Source of the DNA: a virus
Strand: one strand, 5' to 3'
Virus record (IMG/VR): IMGVR_UViG_3300042261_001452
Coordinates: 22,640-86,639 of that record
DNA length: 64,000 nucleotides
Positions 49,883-58,959 of this stretch are shown one piece after another; position 1 is the stretch's first letter, and every line of letters starts with the position of its first letter. A program made the translations under genes and the position numbers. The notes beneath the pieces are model-generated. The model saw nothing but the letters and a program-made list of their open reading frames with translations. It was not told the DNA's origin and ran no database searches.

Positions 49883-50746
49883 ATGAGCCAAATTAGAAAA
49901 TATGGATGGAAACCAGATGTACCTGATCAAAGAGATAGAATTTGCAAAATGTCTCTACGCCAAGAACAATTGCCTCCAATTATTGATTTAAGATCTCAAA
50001 TCACCTTTGATCCATATGACCAACTGTCACTAGGGTCATGCACGGCGCAAGGTATAAGTGCTTGTCATCAATTTAACCAAGTAAAACAAAAACTAGATGT
50101 CTTTAATCCTTCAAAGCTCTTTATCTATTTTAATGAAAGAGCTATGGAAGGAACTATTAATGAAGATGCAGGAGCAATGATTCGTGATGGAATTAAATCT
50201 GTTGTCTCTCAAGGAGTATGCTCGGAAGATATGTGGGTTTATTCAGATGATGGTATTAAGTTTAAACAAAAACCACCACGAAATTGCTATGACTCTGCAA
50301 AAAAGCATCAAGCATTAGTTTATGAAAGAGTAGATAATAGAATTATAAATAATATTAAATCAGTATTAGTACAAGGTTATCCAATTGTTTGTGGCATTGC
50401 CCTCTATGAGTCTTTTGAATCTAAAAAAGTCGCCACAACAGGAATAGTGCCTATGCCAGATCCTAATGAAAGAATGCTAGGTGGGCATGCTATTGTCTGT
50501 GTAGGCTATGATGATACAAAACAACATTGGATCATGCGCAATAGTTGGGGATGCAATTGGGGAGATAAAGGATACTTCTATCTGCCTTATGATTATTTAA
50601 CTAATCCAAACCTAGCAGATGATTTTTGGGTTATTAAATTTGTAGAAGATGAAGATATGAATACAGATACAACAACAACTATGACAACCACAGCTAAAAG
50701 AAGAAAAAAGAGTTTCTTTGAATGGCTAATAAGTTTATTCAAATAA
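49883..50746 (+). CDS. Papain-family (C1A, xylellain-like) cysteine protease
   Basis: YGWKPD, QLSLGSCTA, GGHAI, RNSWG..WG..GYF. Confidence 0.92.
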   Translation: MSQIRKYGWKPDVPDQRDRICKMSLRQEQLPPIIDLRSQITFDPYDQLSLGSCTAQGISACHQFNQVKQKLDVFNPSKLFIYFNERAMEGTINEDAGAMIRDGIKSVVSQGVCSEDMWVYSDDGIKFKQKPPRNCYDSAKKHQALVYERVDNRIINNIKSVLVQGYPIVCGIALYESFESKKVATTGIVPMPDPNERMLGGHAIVCVGYDDTKQHWIMRNSWGCNWGDKGYFYLPYDYLTNPNLADDFWVIKFVEDEDMNTDTTTTMTTTAKRRKKSFFEWLISLFK

Positions 50747-51066
50747 TGAGTAATAATATTTTACATTCTTTCATCAAGCAAACTTATGGTTCTGTTGAAA
50801 ATGCTATTCAACAAAGCCAAGAAGCTGATAAAAGAGAAGCTTTAGAAAAAGAATTTGCAGACATAAGAGAGAAAAAAGCTATTGCTCAAATGTGTACGCC
50901 TATTGATCTCAGTAAGCATTTTCCTGTTCCAACAAGATTATCAAAAAATGAATTGAATAAAAAGACAGAAGTTCACCCCAATTTTAAGAATTATGACCAT
51001 AATTTAGAAACCAATAGAAGTTCCAAGTTAGGACTAATAAGTTTGGAAAATCCTACAGAAGAATAA
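50746..51066 (+). CDS. Hypothetical protein
   Basis: TAATG coupling to the protease gene. Confidence 0.6.
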   Translation: MSNNILHSFIKQTYGSVENAIQQSQEADKREALEKEFADIREKKAIAQMCTPIDLSKHFPVPTRLSKNELNKKTEVHPNFKNYDHNLETNRSSKLGLISLENPTEE

Positions 51067-51076
51067 GGAGTATAAA

Positions 51077-51424
51077 ATGAAGATATTTAAACTAGCCGAT
51101 AACCAATGGTCTGATGAAGGACATGATTCTGTTGAATTACCTGATGCAGAAACTTTTGAAGCTAAACAACAATTAGAGAAAAAAGAGATAGGCGCAACAG
51201 GAGAAACTTTTACAGCCCATGTATTAAGTAAGTTTTTGTCTTCTGGAATTGGACAATCTATCCCTAAAAGTTATTTTACCGCTAATGGATCTGTTGGATG
51301 GTTAAAATTTGATGGAATTATCTATGAAGTAGCGATAAGCCCTGCAAGATGGGGAAATCATTATGACCTATTCAAAAGAGACGAAAGCTCTAATCCTTCT
51401 CCAGCAGATCAAGACGAGATTTAA
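51077..51424 (+). CDS. Hypothetical protein, MKIFKLAD leader
   Basis: AAGGAG RBS. Confidence 0.7.
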   Translation: MKIFKLADNQWSDEGHDSVELPDAETFEAKQQLEKKEIGATGETFTAHVLSKFLSSGIGQSIPKSYFTANGSVGWLKFDGIIYEVAISPARWGNHYDLFKRDESSNPSPADQDEI

Positions 51425-51712
51425 TTATTTTTTTGCTAGAGATTCAATAACGCTCTTAATAGATTCAGCGCCCTTCTTATAAACAACAACGGCTAATAAA
51501 TTGCCATTTAGTGTTACTTGCCAAAATCTACTATTAGGATATCTATCTATTTGAACGTTTGCATTTCCATCCTTTACCCCGTATATATCAAAATCGGGGA
51601 AACTAACTGGTGGAATCTCTTCTGGAAAATCTATTCCCTTTGATGGTTTTTTTGTCCATCCAGCAAGCTTTCCTATATTGTTCCATTGATTTTTAGAGAT
51701 TTTAATTTTCAT
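51425..51712 (-). CDS. Hypothetical protein, MKIKISKNQWNNIGKLAGW leader
   Basis: Shared leader family. Confidence 0.7.
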   Translation of the reverse strand: MKIKISKNQWNNIGKLAGWTKKPSKGIDFPEEIPPVSFPDFDIYGVKDGNANVQIDRYPNSRFWQVTLNGNLLAVVVYKKGAESIKSVIESLAKK

Positions 51713-51717
51713 AATCT

Positions 51718-52053
51718 TTATCCAAATATTTTATAGTTATTAATTATATCATTCCCAATATCTATTAAATCATTAAACTCTTTTAAGTTTTCTGATCTAT
51801 TTTGCTTACATGTTAATTGATGCAACTTTAAAACTTCCACTGATACTAAAACAATCAAATAAACAACTTGAGGAACACTTTCTTTAGTACTTCCATTAAC
51901 TAATAAACCAATATCTCTTGGAAAATCTGGAAAATTAATATCTTTCCAAGGAATACTATTTAGATATGGAATTGCTAGCCCTAAAAACTTTTTCTTAAGA
52001 TCATATCTCTTATCTTTAGTCCCTATATTTCTAGGTTTAGATTTAGCCTTCAT
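51718..52053 (-). CDS. Hypothetical protein
   Basis: ORF track, ATG start chosen. Confidence 0.6.
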   Translation of the reverse strand: MKAKSKPRNIGTKDKRYDLKKKFLGLAIPYLNSIPWKDINFPDFPRDIGLLVNGSTKESVPQVVYLIVLVSVEVLKLHQLTCKQNRSENLKEFNDLIDIGNDIINNYKIFG

Positions 52054-52070
52054 AAGTATTACCAAATTAA

Positions 52071-52385
52071 CTATATACTAGTTAATTCGGTAATTATATG
52101 ATCTTTCCTTTGTAAACCTATAAGTTTTTTAACTAATATGCCATCTTTAAATATGGCTATTGTAGGAACACTCTTAACTTCTAGACTTTTAGCAATGGAC
52201 TGTTCATCGTCTATATTTATTTTTATAAATTTAGCAATATTGTCTGTTTGCTTTTCTATCTCTTGTAATATTGCTAATTGCATTTTGCATGGCCCACACC
52301 ATGTAGCAGTAAAATCAACCAATGATATTCCTCTTGCAATTTCTTCATTAAAATTAGTAACTGTTTCTTCCTTAATTTCTATCAT
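52071..52385 (-). CDS. trxA: Thioredoxin
   Basis: VDFTATWCGPCK, SVPT. Confidence 0.93.
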   Translation of the reverse strand: MIEIKEETVTNFNEEIARGISLVDFTATWCGPCKMQLAILQEIEKQTDNIAKFIKINIDDEQSIAKSLEVKSVPTIAIFKDGILVKKLIGLQRKDHIITELTSI

Positions 52386-52510
52386 TCTTTTTTCTCCTTA
52401 ATTAGATAATATATTTCAAAAAAAATTCTTTTCTAACCTATTTTTTCTAAGATTAATTTATACATTTTTTTAAAAAGAAATTACTTTAAAATTTATCTAA
52501 AAAGAAGGAA

Positions 52511-52951
52511 CTAGAAACTCTTTGGGGTTCTATACATTTGACAACTAAGCTGATAATCTTTTGTTCTGCCAAAATTCCTAATAAAACCAAACCGCCTATA
52601 AAACTCTATTAGTCTATTTTTAGAAGTTGTTTCTCCTCTTTCTTTCGAAGCCAAATCTAATTCAATAGTTTTTCCCATCTCATCAGCAATCCTACAAAGC
52701 TCATCCATAAACGTAGTTCCTAATCCTTGCTTTCTCATACCTTTTTCTACTCTTAAATTATGCAATTTAATATTGCCATTATTCAATATAGAAAGATAGC
52801 TATCGACACCTAAAGACTTTTGCAGCCTTTCAAAGTCCTTAATAGGTTTTTCTTCCTTTTCTCTTTTTTGTAAGAGTTGATTTTTTTCTATCTCTTCGCC
52901 CTCAGAAATATCATCAATTGAAAAATTTTCGCATATTCTAATGATCTTCAT
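52511..52951 (-). CDS. GNAT acetyltransferase, MKIIRICE leader
   Basis: RKQGLGT acetyl-CoA motif A, LIEFYRRFGF. Confidence 0.8.
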   Translation of the reverse strand: MKIIRICENFSIDDISEGEEIEKNQLLQKREKEEKPIKDFERLQKSLGVDSYLSILNNGNIKLHNLRVEKGMRKQGLGTTFMDELCRIADEMGKTIELDLASKERGETTSKNRLIEFYRRFGFIRNFGRTKDYQLSCQMYRTPKSF

Positions 52952-53537
52952 TTTGTTTGTCCCAAGCAATATCAATTAGCTCATAAATTAATGCCTCTTG
53001 ATATTTACTAAATTTCCATCTCTTATTTATATTTTTATTACACCACTCAATTGGATCAGTCTTTCTTTCTTCGGATACAGCACACCAATCAGCACACATT
53101 TCCGCTATGTCAATGTCTTTCATCTTGGTGGCATCTATCATCTCTTCTGGAGCCTTATCTCTATCTTTTTTATTTATTAGATTAGCCTTTTTATCACAAT
53201 GATACTCTGGATGATGAGAATTATTTTTCATATGGTGTTCAGTTGCGTCATTTGTCTTGTCTTCCATTCCATCTGGATATTTATACTCCTTGCCGTTTGC
53301 TTTGCATTTATAGTTCCATGTCAAATAGATATAGGGAGTATTTTCTGGATCTTCAAATTTGCTCTTGTCATGATTCTCTGCTCTCTCTGTCAATTCATCA
53401 AATTCTCCATTGCCATACTCTTTAATTTTTTGACAATATTTTTTAACAAGAGCAATATGCTTCTTAGTTCTTTGATCAAACCATTCTTTCATCTCCTCAA
53501 TATTGGATTCCTTTTCTGCTATTTTGATTATTTTCAT
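52938..53537 (-). CDS. HD-superfamily hydrolase (DUF5662-like), MKIIKIAE leader
   Basis: H..HD.SKF...HH...N.HHPEY...EMCADW. Confidence 0.7.
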   Translation of the reverse strand: MKIIKIAEKESNIEEMKEWFDQRTKKHIALVKKYCQKIKEYGNGEFDELTERAENHDKSKFEDPENTPYIYLTWNYKCKANGKEYKYPDGMEDKTNDATEHHMKNNSHHPEYHCDKKANLINKKDRDKAPEEMIDATKMKDIDIAEMCADWCAVSEERKTDPIEWCNKNINKRWKFSKYQEALIYELIDIAWDKQNEDH

Positions 53538-53556
53538 ATTTCCCCCTTAGAAAGAA

Positions 53557-55422
53557 TTATACACAAAATTCCTCATGAAATTCTTTTTCCCAGTTAGAGA
53601 CATCTAATTTTGATAAATCATCTAAAAAGTCAGTATTTACATTAGAAATAATATAATCATCTGGTATAAAATCTACCATAATTGTTCCAGCCACATGTTG
53701 AACATTTAAGGCTAAAGATATTGCAGCAGTCATTTCAGATATTGATGCCTCTTCTCCCTTATTAGAAACATCTTCTAGTCTCTTAATTGCCACATTAACA
53801 TTCGCTATAATCTTTCTTACATCTTCTCCCCATACTTGCATATAGCTATTATATAAGATTTCTTTTATTGCATAATGAATGCCACGTTCATCTATTAAGT
53901 GAGAATATAGCCCATCACCCATATTCTCAACATGCCATTCAATAAAGTTATCATCTATTAAATCTACTGATGGCTCCTTATTAATAGATTTTTCTCTAAA
54001 ATATAATCCCATAGAATATAGAATTTCTTCTTGGTCTAACGATAAGACATATTCTTTTGTAACTGCTTTATCTAAAGGTATTTCTCTTAATGATAATTCA
54101 CATCCACCCCACTGCATATTATATTTTTCAAAGAAATTATTCCAATTAGTTATATTTTCATGGGTATCCATTACCATATCGGCCCATTTTTCAGAATCCT
54201 CTATTGGATGTATATCTTTCCATTGATTAAATCCCTTAATAATGAAATCTTTTAGGTACTCAAAATATCTGTTAGCAAAATACCCTAATCTATTTTGAAT
54301 GTTTTCTCTTCTCTTGGGATGAATAGCATTTTCTGTAACTTGATTTAATAAATGATTCTTATACTCTATTTCATGTAACAGAGTAATTAGTTTAGTCGCT
54401 GAAATTTCCCCACTGCCAATCTCCTCTTCAGGTTTTTCTGATAGTTGAGACATTTTACTAGCGCCTTTATACCAATTTATTTTCGCTAAAATATCTTTGC
54501 TTTCCTTGCTAGTTTTACCTATTTCATCACGAATAGATGTGTTATTAGCTATCTTATTCTGACATCTCCCAATCCAAGGGTATGAATCCTTCTTCTCTGG
54601 ATGACGAGCTATCCATTTGTCAAATATATCCCTAAATTCTTCGTCTCCATAGAGTGATTTAAATACTCCCTCCCTACATAATGAAATCCATTCCCCTGAT
54701 TGATACTTCTTTTCTAATTTCTCAAAAAAAACATCAATAATCTTTTCTGGCATAATATCTTTAAGAGAAGTCATCATGGATATTGAAGAATAAGAACCAT
54801 AAGCCTCTATGTATTCATCAAGTTTGTTTATCACAAAAGTAATATTGCTTTTTAAATATGCTACCTTTGCCTCCTTAGGAAATTTATCGTCTTGTAAAAT
54901 TCTAATAATACTAAAAAATCTTCTCCCATTTCTTAATATAGATCTCTTTAAATAAATATTCCCAGGATTATAAGCAATAATATCCTCCAAAGCTGGATCT
55001 GATAATATCTTCTTCTCTATTACTTCTAAAGAAACTCTACCACTTTTTATAATCATCAGTGAAATAGTTTCTCTTTGAATAGTATCAACCGACTCATCCT
55101 CTAATATCTTCTCAAGTTTTTTAACAGGGAAATTAGGATTGTTTAAAAAACATTGAAAAATTAAAGGTGTCATGGAAGGCAGTAAAGAATATAACCTCAA
55201 TAATACTTCCCCATCAGTCTCTTGTTCTATAACTGATTTATCCCCTCTACAATATGCATCACATAATTCTTTTGCTCTGTCTTCTATACTCAATTTTGAA
55301 GATTCTAATGCCCCAAAAGACAATAAAGACGAATTGCTACATTCTATTATACGATTGTAACCCTTCCTCTGTATTATCTCTTTCTTCTCTACCCTATACC
55401 AGTTTTCCTTTCTCTCTTCCAT
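53557..55422 (-). CDS. 621-aa two-part protein; N-terminal half duplicated in the adjacent gene
   Basis: N-terminal ~287 aa near-identical to 55619-56482; internal NWYKGAS motif. Confidence 0.75.
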   Translation of the reverse strand: MEERKENWYRVEKKEIIQRKGYNRIIECSNSSLLSFGALESSKLSIEDRAKELCDAYCRGDKSVIEQETDGEVLLRLYSLLPSMTPLIFQCFLNNPNFPVKKLEKILEDESVDTIQRETISLMIIKSGRVSLEVIEKKILSDPALEDIIAYNPGNIYLKRSILRNGRRFFSIIRILQDDKFPKEAKVAYLKSNITFVINKLDEYIEAYGSYSSISMMTSLKDIMPEKIIDVFFEKLEKKYQSGEWISLCREGVFKSLYGDEEFRDIFDKWIARHPEKKDSYPWIGRCQNKIANNTSIRDEIGKTSKESKDILAKINWYKGASKMSQLSEKPEEEIGSGEISATKLITLLHEIEYKNHLLNQVTENAIHPKRRENIQNRLGYFANRYFEYLKDFIIKGFNQWKDIHPIEDSEKWADMVMDTHENITNWNNFFEKYNMQWGGCELSLREIPLDKAVTKEYVLSLDQEEILYSMGLYFREKSINKEPSVDLIDDNFIEWHVENMGDGLYSHLIDERGIHYAIKEILYNSYMQVWGEDVRKIIANVNVAIKRLEDVSNKGEEASISEMTAAISLALNVQHVAGTIMVDFIPDDYIISNVNTDFLDDLSKLDVSNWEKEFHEEFCV

Positions 55423-56695
55423 ATCCTATATTATTCAAATCTATATATATATTTCCTGTCTATTCTGTTCTTATTAAAAAAACTTAATCTTGGAAAATCC
55501 AGATTGAGGAAAGGTAAAAGAACCATATCTCCTGTATTGTTTGAATCTTGGGAAAGCGAAATCGGAAACAATCAGAAAATATATTGAAGAACAAGGTTAG
55601 ATTATAGTATTTCTTTTATCACTTCCCAATCCAAGGGTATGAATCCTTCTTCTCTGGATGACGAGCTATCCATTTGTCAAATATATCCCTAAATTCTTCG
55701 TTTTCTCCATAGATTGATTTAAATGCTCCCTCCTCACATAGATTAGCTGAAATCCATTCCTCTGATTGAAACCTCTTTTCTAATTTCTCAAAAAAAACAT
55801 CAATAATCTTTTCTGGCATAATATCTTTAAGAGAAATCATCAAGGCTATTAAAGAATAAGAACCATAATTACCTATGTATTCATCAAATTTGTTTATCAT
55901 AAAAGTAATATTGCTTTTTAAATATGCTGCCTTTGCCTCTTTAGGAAATTTATCGTCTTCTAAAATTCTAATAATACTAGAAAATCTTCTCCCATTTCTT
56001 AATATATATCTCTTTAAATAAATATTCCCAGGATTATAAACAATAATCTCCTCCAAAACTGGATCTGATAATATCTTCTTCTCTATTACTTCTAAAGAAA
56101 CCCTACCACTTTTTATAATCATCAATGTAACAGTTTCTCTTTGAATAGACTTATCATCTAATATATTCTCAAGTTTTTTAACAGGGAAATTAGGATTGTT
56201 TAAAAAACATTGAAAAATTAAAGCTGTCATGGAAGGCTCAAGTAAAGAATATAACCTCGTTAATACGTCCACATCAGTCTCTTGTTCTATAGCTAATTTA
56301 TCCCCTCTACAATATGCATCATATAACTCTTCTGCCCTGTTTTCTATACTCAATTTTGAAGATTCTAATGTCCCAAAAGACAATAAAGACGAATTGCTAC
56401 ATTCTATTATACGATTGTAACCCTTCCTCTGTATTATCTCTTTCTTCTCTACCCTATACCAGTTTTCCTTTCTCTCTTCCATATCCTATATTATTCAAAT
56501 CTATATATATATTTCCTGTCTATTCTGTTCTTCTTAAAAACGTTCTCTTTTAATTTAATCTTGGAAAATCCAGATTGAGGAAAGGTAAAAGAACCATATC
56601 TTCCGTATTGTTTGAATCTTGGAAAAGCGAACTCGGAAATAATCAGAAAATATATTGAAGAACAAGGTTAGATTATAGTATTTCTTTTATCACTT
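54568..56695. repeat. Diverged tandem duplication, units 54568-55624 and 55625-56695
   Basis: Direct alignment by eye, including promoter region and the last ~24 nt of the upstream ART gene. Confidence 0.9.
55619..56482 (-). CDS. 287-aa truncated paralog of 53557-55422
   Basis: Stop codon created at the duplication junction. Confidence 0.75.
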   Translation of the reverse strand: MEERKENWYRVEKKEIIQRKGYNRIIECSNSSLLSFGTLESSKLSIENRAEELYDAYCRGDKLAIEQETDVDVLTRLYSLLEPSMTALIFQCFLNNPNFPVKKLENILDDKSIQRETVTLMIIKSGRVSLEVIEKKILSDPVLEEIIVYNPGNIYLKRYILRNGRRFSSIIRILEDDKFPKEAKAAYLKSNITFMINKFDEYIGNYGSYSLIALMISLKDIMPEKIIDVFFEKLEKRFQSEEWISANLCEEGAFKSIYGENEEFRDIFDKWIARHPEKKDSYPWIGK

Positions 56696-57146
56696 TGGCA
56701 GATGTTGTTAAATACTCCCATACAGATTCATTATAGTGTGGAGTTCCTTTCCAATAATTCAATGCCGCATTTTTAACTTTTTCTATAGTTTCTTCATCTT
56801 CCTGTGTTCCGTTACCATATGCTTCGCTAAATATCAAATCAATTTCAGTCATCCAATTTAAATCATGCCTTTCAACTTTTCCTAATGGCTTAACAATATA
56901 GATATGCTCAGATGAACCTCCAGCAAGGTCAATATCTTCGGGATTGTCGGTCATATAAACGCAATTGTTTCTTGAAATGAAATTAGATGGTCTGAATTGC
57001 TCTAACTTAAAATGAGAGTCCATTTCATCTTGGGTAAATGTTCCCATGAAATTGCCTTTTTCTGGACTAAGAATAGTTCCATTAGGCAAAAAATGATAAC
57101 TCCCATGAAAGTATTTAATATTGCTTGCTATTTTATATATCTTCAT
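56673..57146 (-). CDS. ADP-ribosyltransferase, Arr-like fold, MKIYKIAS leader
   Basis: YFHGS...GTILSP, VYMT, IYIVKPLG, WEYL. Confidence 0.7.
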   Translation of the reverse strand: MKIYKIASNIKYFHGSYHFLPNGTILSPEKGNFMGTFTQDEMDSHFKLEQFRPSNFISRNNCVYMTDNPEDIDLAGGSSEHIYIVKPLGKVERHDLNWMTEIDLIFSEAYGNGTQEDEETIEKVKNAALNYWKGTPHYNESVWEYLTTSAKVIKEIL

Positions 57147-57321
57147 ACAATATCTTTCGCCTTTAACCTAAAAAATCCTTCTAATATCCCCGAACCTAAA
57201 GGTCAAGTAAATTTGTCGGAGTTTTACACTCAACGCTCACAATATAAACAATTTAACTAAATTATCTCAAAAGGATTTTCTCTATATAAATAAGAATTAT
57301 TTTCAAAAAAGGAGAATAAAT

Positions 57322-57630
57322 ATGAAAATTAAATTAAGTAAAACTCAATGGACTGAAATGGGCAAAAAAGCAGGTTGGATTAAATCATCCTCTAAAACTA
57401 AAAATATAAGAAAATTAGCCGGTACAGTTGATGATGTAATTAAATTCCAATTGTCACAACGCTTCCAAAGAATTATGAACGATCTGCAATGGGCTGAATC
57501 TGTAGCTAAAAAAGGCACCACTACTCAAACACAAGAACTGGCTAATGCTATCTCTTCCTCCTATGAAGATCTAGTCAAAATTAATGAGCAAATTAAAAAC
57601 GCTATCAATCTCATTAGAAAACAAAAATAA
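57322..57630 (+). CDS. Coiled-coil hypothetical protein, MKIKLSKTQWTEMGKKAGW leader
   Basis: GGAG RBS, late promoter at 57272-57296. Confidence 0.75.
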   Translation: MKIKLSKTQWTEMGKKAGWIKSSSKTKNIRKLAGTVDDVIKFQLSQRFQRIMNDLQWAESVAKKGTTTQTQELANAISSSYEDLVKINEQIKNAINLIRKQK

Positions 57631-57671
57631 TGAAAATATTTAAAATAACCTTCCAGATCCAGAAGCTGTAA
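57630..57671 (+). pseudogene. 13-codon remnant consisting of an MKIFKI leader
   Basis: TAATG-coupled MKIFKITFQIQKL*. Confidence 0.4.
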
Positions 57672-57734
57672 AAAATTGGACTAAAGATAGATAATCTATG
57701 TTTATCCAATGTATTCTTCTATCACCTAATATCT

Positions 57735-58364
57735 TCATCCCTCCCCCTCCATCTCTCTTACCATCTCTATAGGTATTATCCCCCTATTATTCTTGCACCA
57801 ATCATAAATACCTCTATATTCCCCCTCCCCATATTCACTCTGATACCCATTCCATACTATGCCCACATTATGTTTCCCACTAGAACATCCAAATATGTCA
57901 TGATATGTACTTGTATCCCCAGCTTCCTCCCCCATGTAACTACTATCATATGCCCTACTAAAATCTTTATCTATATAATAAACCTTTATGAATCTATTCC
58001 AATCTTTAATTATATATGTCTTATCTTTATCCCTACACCAAATAGTAGGCTTCCCATTCTCTAGCCCTAATCCATTTATTATCGGCCTTATATTAGAATA
58101 ACAGATAGGACAATATAAATCATTGCAAAAACCATCTGCCATTCTAACTTTCTTATCTTTTAAGACTATATCCGTAAATTCCTTAGCCCCCCTTATAGAA
58201 TTTGTCCATATACTAGATTTCCCACATCCACATTTATATGTTATCCCCCATGGAAAATGATGCCTGCTATTCCTGTTAAAACTAGTAGGCTTTAAATTCC
58301 CACCACAATATAAACAATTATGGGAATGCCCAGACATATGCTTCGCTATTTTATAAATCCTCAT
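57735..58364 (-). CDS. Cys-rich (Zn-ribbon) hypothetical protein, MRIYKIAK leader
   Basis: CLYC, CGC, CPIC; GGAGG RBS. Confidence 0.7.
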   Translation of the reverse strand: MRIYKIAKHMSGHSHNCLYCGGNLKPTSFNRNSRHHFPWGITYKCGCGKSSIWTNSIRGAKEFTDIVLKDKKVRMADGFCNDLYCPICYSNIRPIINGLGLENGKPTIWCRDKDKTYIIKDWNRFIKVYYIDKDFSRAYDSSYMGEEAGDTSTYHDIFGCSSGKHNVGIVWNGYQSEYGEGEYRGIYDWCKNNRGIIPIEMVREMEGEG

Positions 58365-58400
58365 TTCTTCCTCCTATTAGTATATTATTCTCTATACCAC

Positions 58401-58677
58401 TAAGGAATCCCTTAAAGATAGAATTCTAATATTTGCCTATGCCCCTAAGGAATCCCTTTGCTTTTAGAAATTAGATTTTTATATAGAATAAGGAATCCCT
58501 TAATATCCAGAATTTAAAATTTTATTTTTTTTATTTACGCCCTAAGGAATCCCTTAACTTTTAGAATCTAGATTTCTATTTCCCCACACTATTATCCCAC
58601 CCCTATAAAATTCTTATAAATATTTATTATTGATTTAAAATAAAACCTTCGTCAAACTAGTCATAAGGCATCCCTTA
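58401..58677. repeat. Five iteron-like TAAGG(A/C)ATCCCTT repeats
   Basis: Copies at 58401, 58446, 58489, 58543, 58664 in AT-rich non-coding DNA. Confidence 0.85.
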
Positions 58678-58959
58678 CTAAAGGAAATCGAAAATGATTC
58701 AGACCCCCCTTGACTCAGGCTAATCCCATAAAAAAAAGATATAGAGTACAATCTTTCCTCATTAAACTATAGGCAATCTCTATAGGCATAGTAGAATATC
58801 ATAGGGAACATAGGTATAAGTTGAAAGTACAAACTAGGGTAGACCTAGATCCCAGCAAAGTAACCTCCCCCTTTTCCTTGCCTTCAGGAAGGACAAGGGA
58901 ATATTGTACTCTAGGTTTGCAACTGATTTCCATGGAGGTTTCTTTTGTACTCTTAACCT

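Noticed and set aside
81-58064. Numerous 60-130 aa antisense or nested ORFs in the track
   Set aside because: They overlap long, motif-bearing genes and lack RBS; Ser/Leu/Phe-rich antisense composition
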